DNA of 64,000 bases from an uncultured delta proteobacterium (lineage in GTDB: Bacteria; Desulfobacterota; Binatia; Binatales; Binataceae): NCBI GenBank assembly GCA_963765675.1, contig CAVXXK010000001.1:1568001-1632000 (forward strand), written 5' to 3'. Both the position numbers and the translations under genes were made by a program. This document shows positions 62,534-64,000 of the stretch, one piece after another. Position 1 is the first letter of the stretch. Each line of letters opens with the position of its first letter. Under the pieces are notes generated by a model that had not been told where the DNA came from, made no database searches, and saw only the letters and a program-made list of their open reading frames with translations.

Positions 62534-63171
62534 GCGGATGCACTCGCGCAGGCGCAGTTGAGGTTTCGCAACGGTTCATGTATCCGCGACGCGTAGCCGT
62601 CGAACTCGACCAGGGCGGCGCGTGGCGCGGCGTCGTATCCGGCAAGGAGCTTGAACGCTTCCGCAGTCGCAGCCATCGCGACGAGTCCGGCTTGGGAAGA
62701 GCGCTTGCCAAACGGTTTCGCGAGTAGAGAATCGGAGCAGAGCGCGCACGGCGGTGGAGCAGGGAAGACGCCGATCCGCGCTGGCGAATCGAGCCGCGCA
62801 ACGACGCTCGGGACGCGGACGAGTTTGGCGCAGAGCGCGCGCGCCGGCGACAGAGCGCCGGCATCGCCGATGATCGCAAAGAGAAGATTCGCGGTGCGCG
62901 CGGAATCGTCTGGTGCGAACGTGGTGACGGTGGAATCGGGATTGAGCGCGCGCATCGCGATGGCGAGTTCGTTGATATCGGCGGCATCGCCGTCGAGATA
63001 GATTCGTCCGACTCCCGCGCCGGCCAGATAAGCAAGCGGCGCCTCGAGGTCCTGACGGTCGCTGACGATAACGATCCGCGCGGCGAGCAGGCGTTCCTGC
63101 GCGCGGCCGCCGACACGCGGCACGATTATCTGGCGGCTATAGCGTTCGATTTGTGTGTCACTCAGCGGCAT
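62530..63171 (-). CDS. ThiF/MoeB-like protein, degenerate
   Basis: QIERYSRQII...GGRAQERL, YLAGAGVG, PCALC; the GxGxxG loop is absent. Confidence 0.75.
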   Translation of the reverse strand: MPLSDTQIERYSRQIIVPRVGGRAQERLLAARIVIVSDRQDLEAPLAYLAGAGVGRIYLDGDAADINELAIAMRALNPDSTVTTFAPDDSARTANLLFAIIGDAGALSPARALCAKLVRVPSVVARLDSPARIGVFPAPPPCALCSDSLLAKPFGKRSSQAGLVAMAATAEAFKLLAGYDAAPRAALVEFDGYASRIHEPLRNLNCACASASA

Positions 63172-63477
63172 CGGGTGTTCGTGGATAGCAGATAGCGCGC
63201 CGGACATTCGCGGCGCGAAAGAGAACAGGTTACACAGATTATCGCAGATCAAGAACCGCCGCGACGCAGGGCGAATCACAGGCCCAGTGGGCATGAAGTG
63301 ATGCCCTCGTCCGACGGCTTTTGCCGGGATCGCGGTGGGTTCGTTTGGTAAATTTTCTATGGGCTCAAAAAATAAACTCCTTGAAGACGCTGGCAATTTT
63401 TGCCTGATGGGTCCGTTTTAAGCGTCTTTTTGGTACCTCGATTTTCGGAAGATTTGAGGCGCGGGAAAAAAAGACTA

Positions 63478-63587
63478 AACACGAAGACACCAAGGAATAG
63501 GAAGACACTAAGACGCGAAGAATACGCATTTCCACGCGCGGCGCGCGGAAATGCGTCAGTTCTTTGTGCCTTGGTGTCTTGGTGGTT
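63478..63587. repeat. Inverted-repeat element built from AAGACACCAAG-type units
   Basis: 12-bp IR at 63484-63495/63569-63580 around a 10-bp hairpin at 63524-63556. Confidence 0.7.
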
Positions 63588-64000
63588 GGATTGATGCCTG
63601 CGGCTGGTCGCGGCGGCATTCTCGTCGAGAAAAGCTCGCAGAGATCTCCCGGCGGATGTGCTGATCGCTTCCACGCGATCAGCTTTGCACGAAGTGGATT
63701 TGGGCATAAGGCTGAACAGTTCAGCCATGAACAAATCTGGCAAAAACCCGAACGATCGTTAGGTTGAAAGAGCGGTGCTCATGATGCGTTTGGTCGCTCT
63801 CTCCCAAGGTTTTTCTCGTCCTGGAAGGGAGAGGCCAGATGCAGGACCCTTAAATTTGGACGCGCGCAAAATGTGCGGCTATATCTCTTTTTTAATCGCG
63901 CGGCGCTTCGCGCCCCGCTGAAAAATGTCCGTCACCTGATCTCCGTTTCAGGGTGAGGAATATCCTTGCCACGTGTGGTGATGACAGTGTCCACCATATC

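Noticed and set aside
63357-63767. Short ORFs at the window end
   Set aside because: They translate the repeat element and lack an RBS or recognisable motifs

Overview
GC-rich bacterial chromosomal window, mostly housekeeping genes. Gene content suggests a diderm, deltaproteobacteria-like organism, possibly Ca. Binatota (inference only). From start to end it holds: a truncated rsmD; a split complex I operon (nuoE-H-J-K-L-M-N); an envelope/sigma-54 block (kdsB-pyrG-kdsA-lptC-lptA-rpoN-hpf-ptsN-rapZ, without lptB); metK-ahcY; HPr; class I lysS; two tandem S53 proteases; rpoZ and rpoH; eutBC; two type II toxin-antitoxin modules; and a ThiF-like/HAD/radical-SAM/SLC13/cysC/sat sulfur cluster. The most notable signal is a family of CCCTCTCCC/GGGAGAGGG inverted-repeat cassettes. 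Two enclose a DUF559 (Vsr-like) nuclease gene, and one near-identical shell has no gene, which suggests a possible non-transposase mobile system. Three other classes of empty palindromic shells, two uncalled tiny Arg/Lys-rich ORFs, a probable CTG start for kdsB and three single-base frameshifts (likely assembly errors) were also seen. I recognised no rRNA, tRNA or CRISPR array. All calls come from manual reading; no database searches were run.
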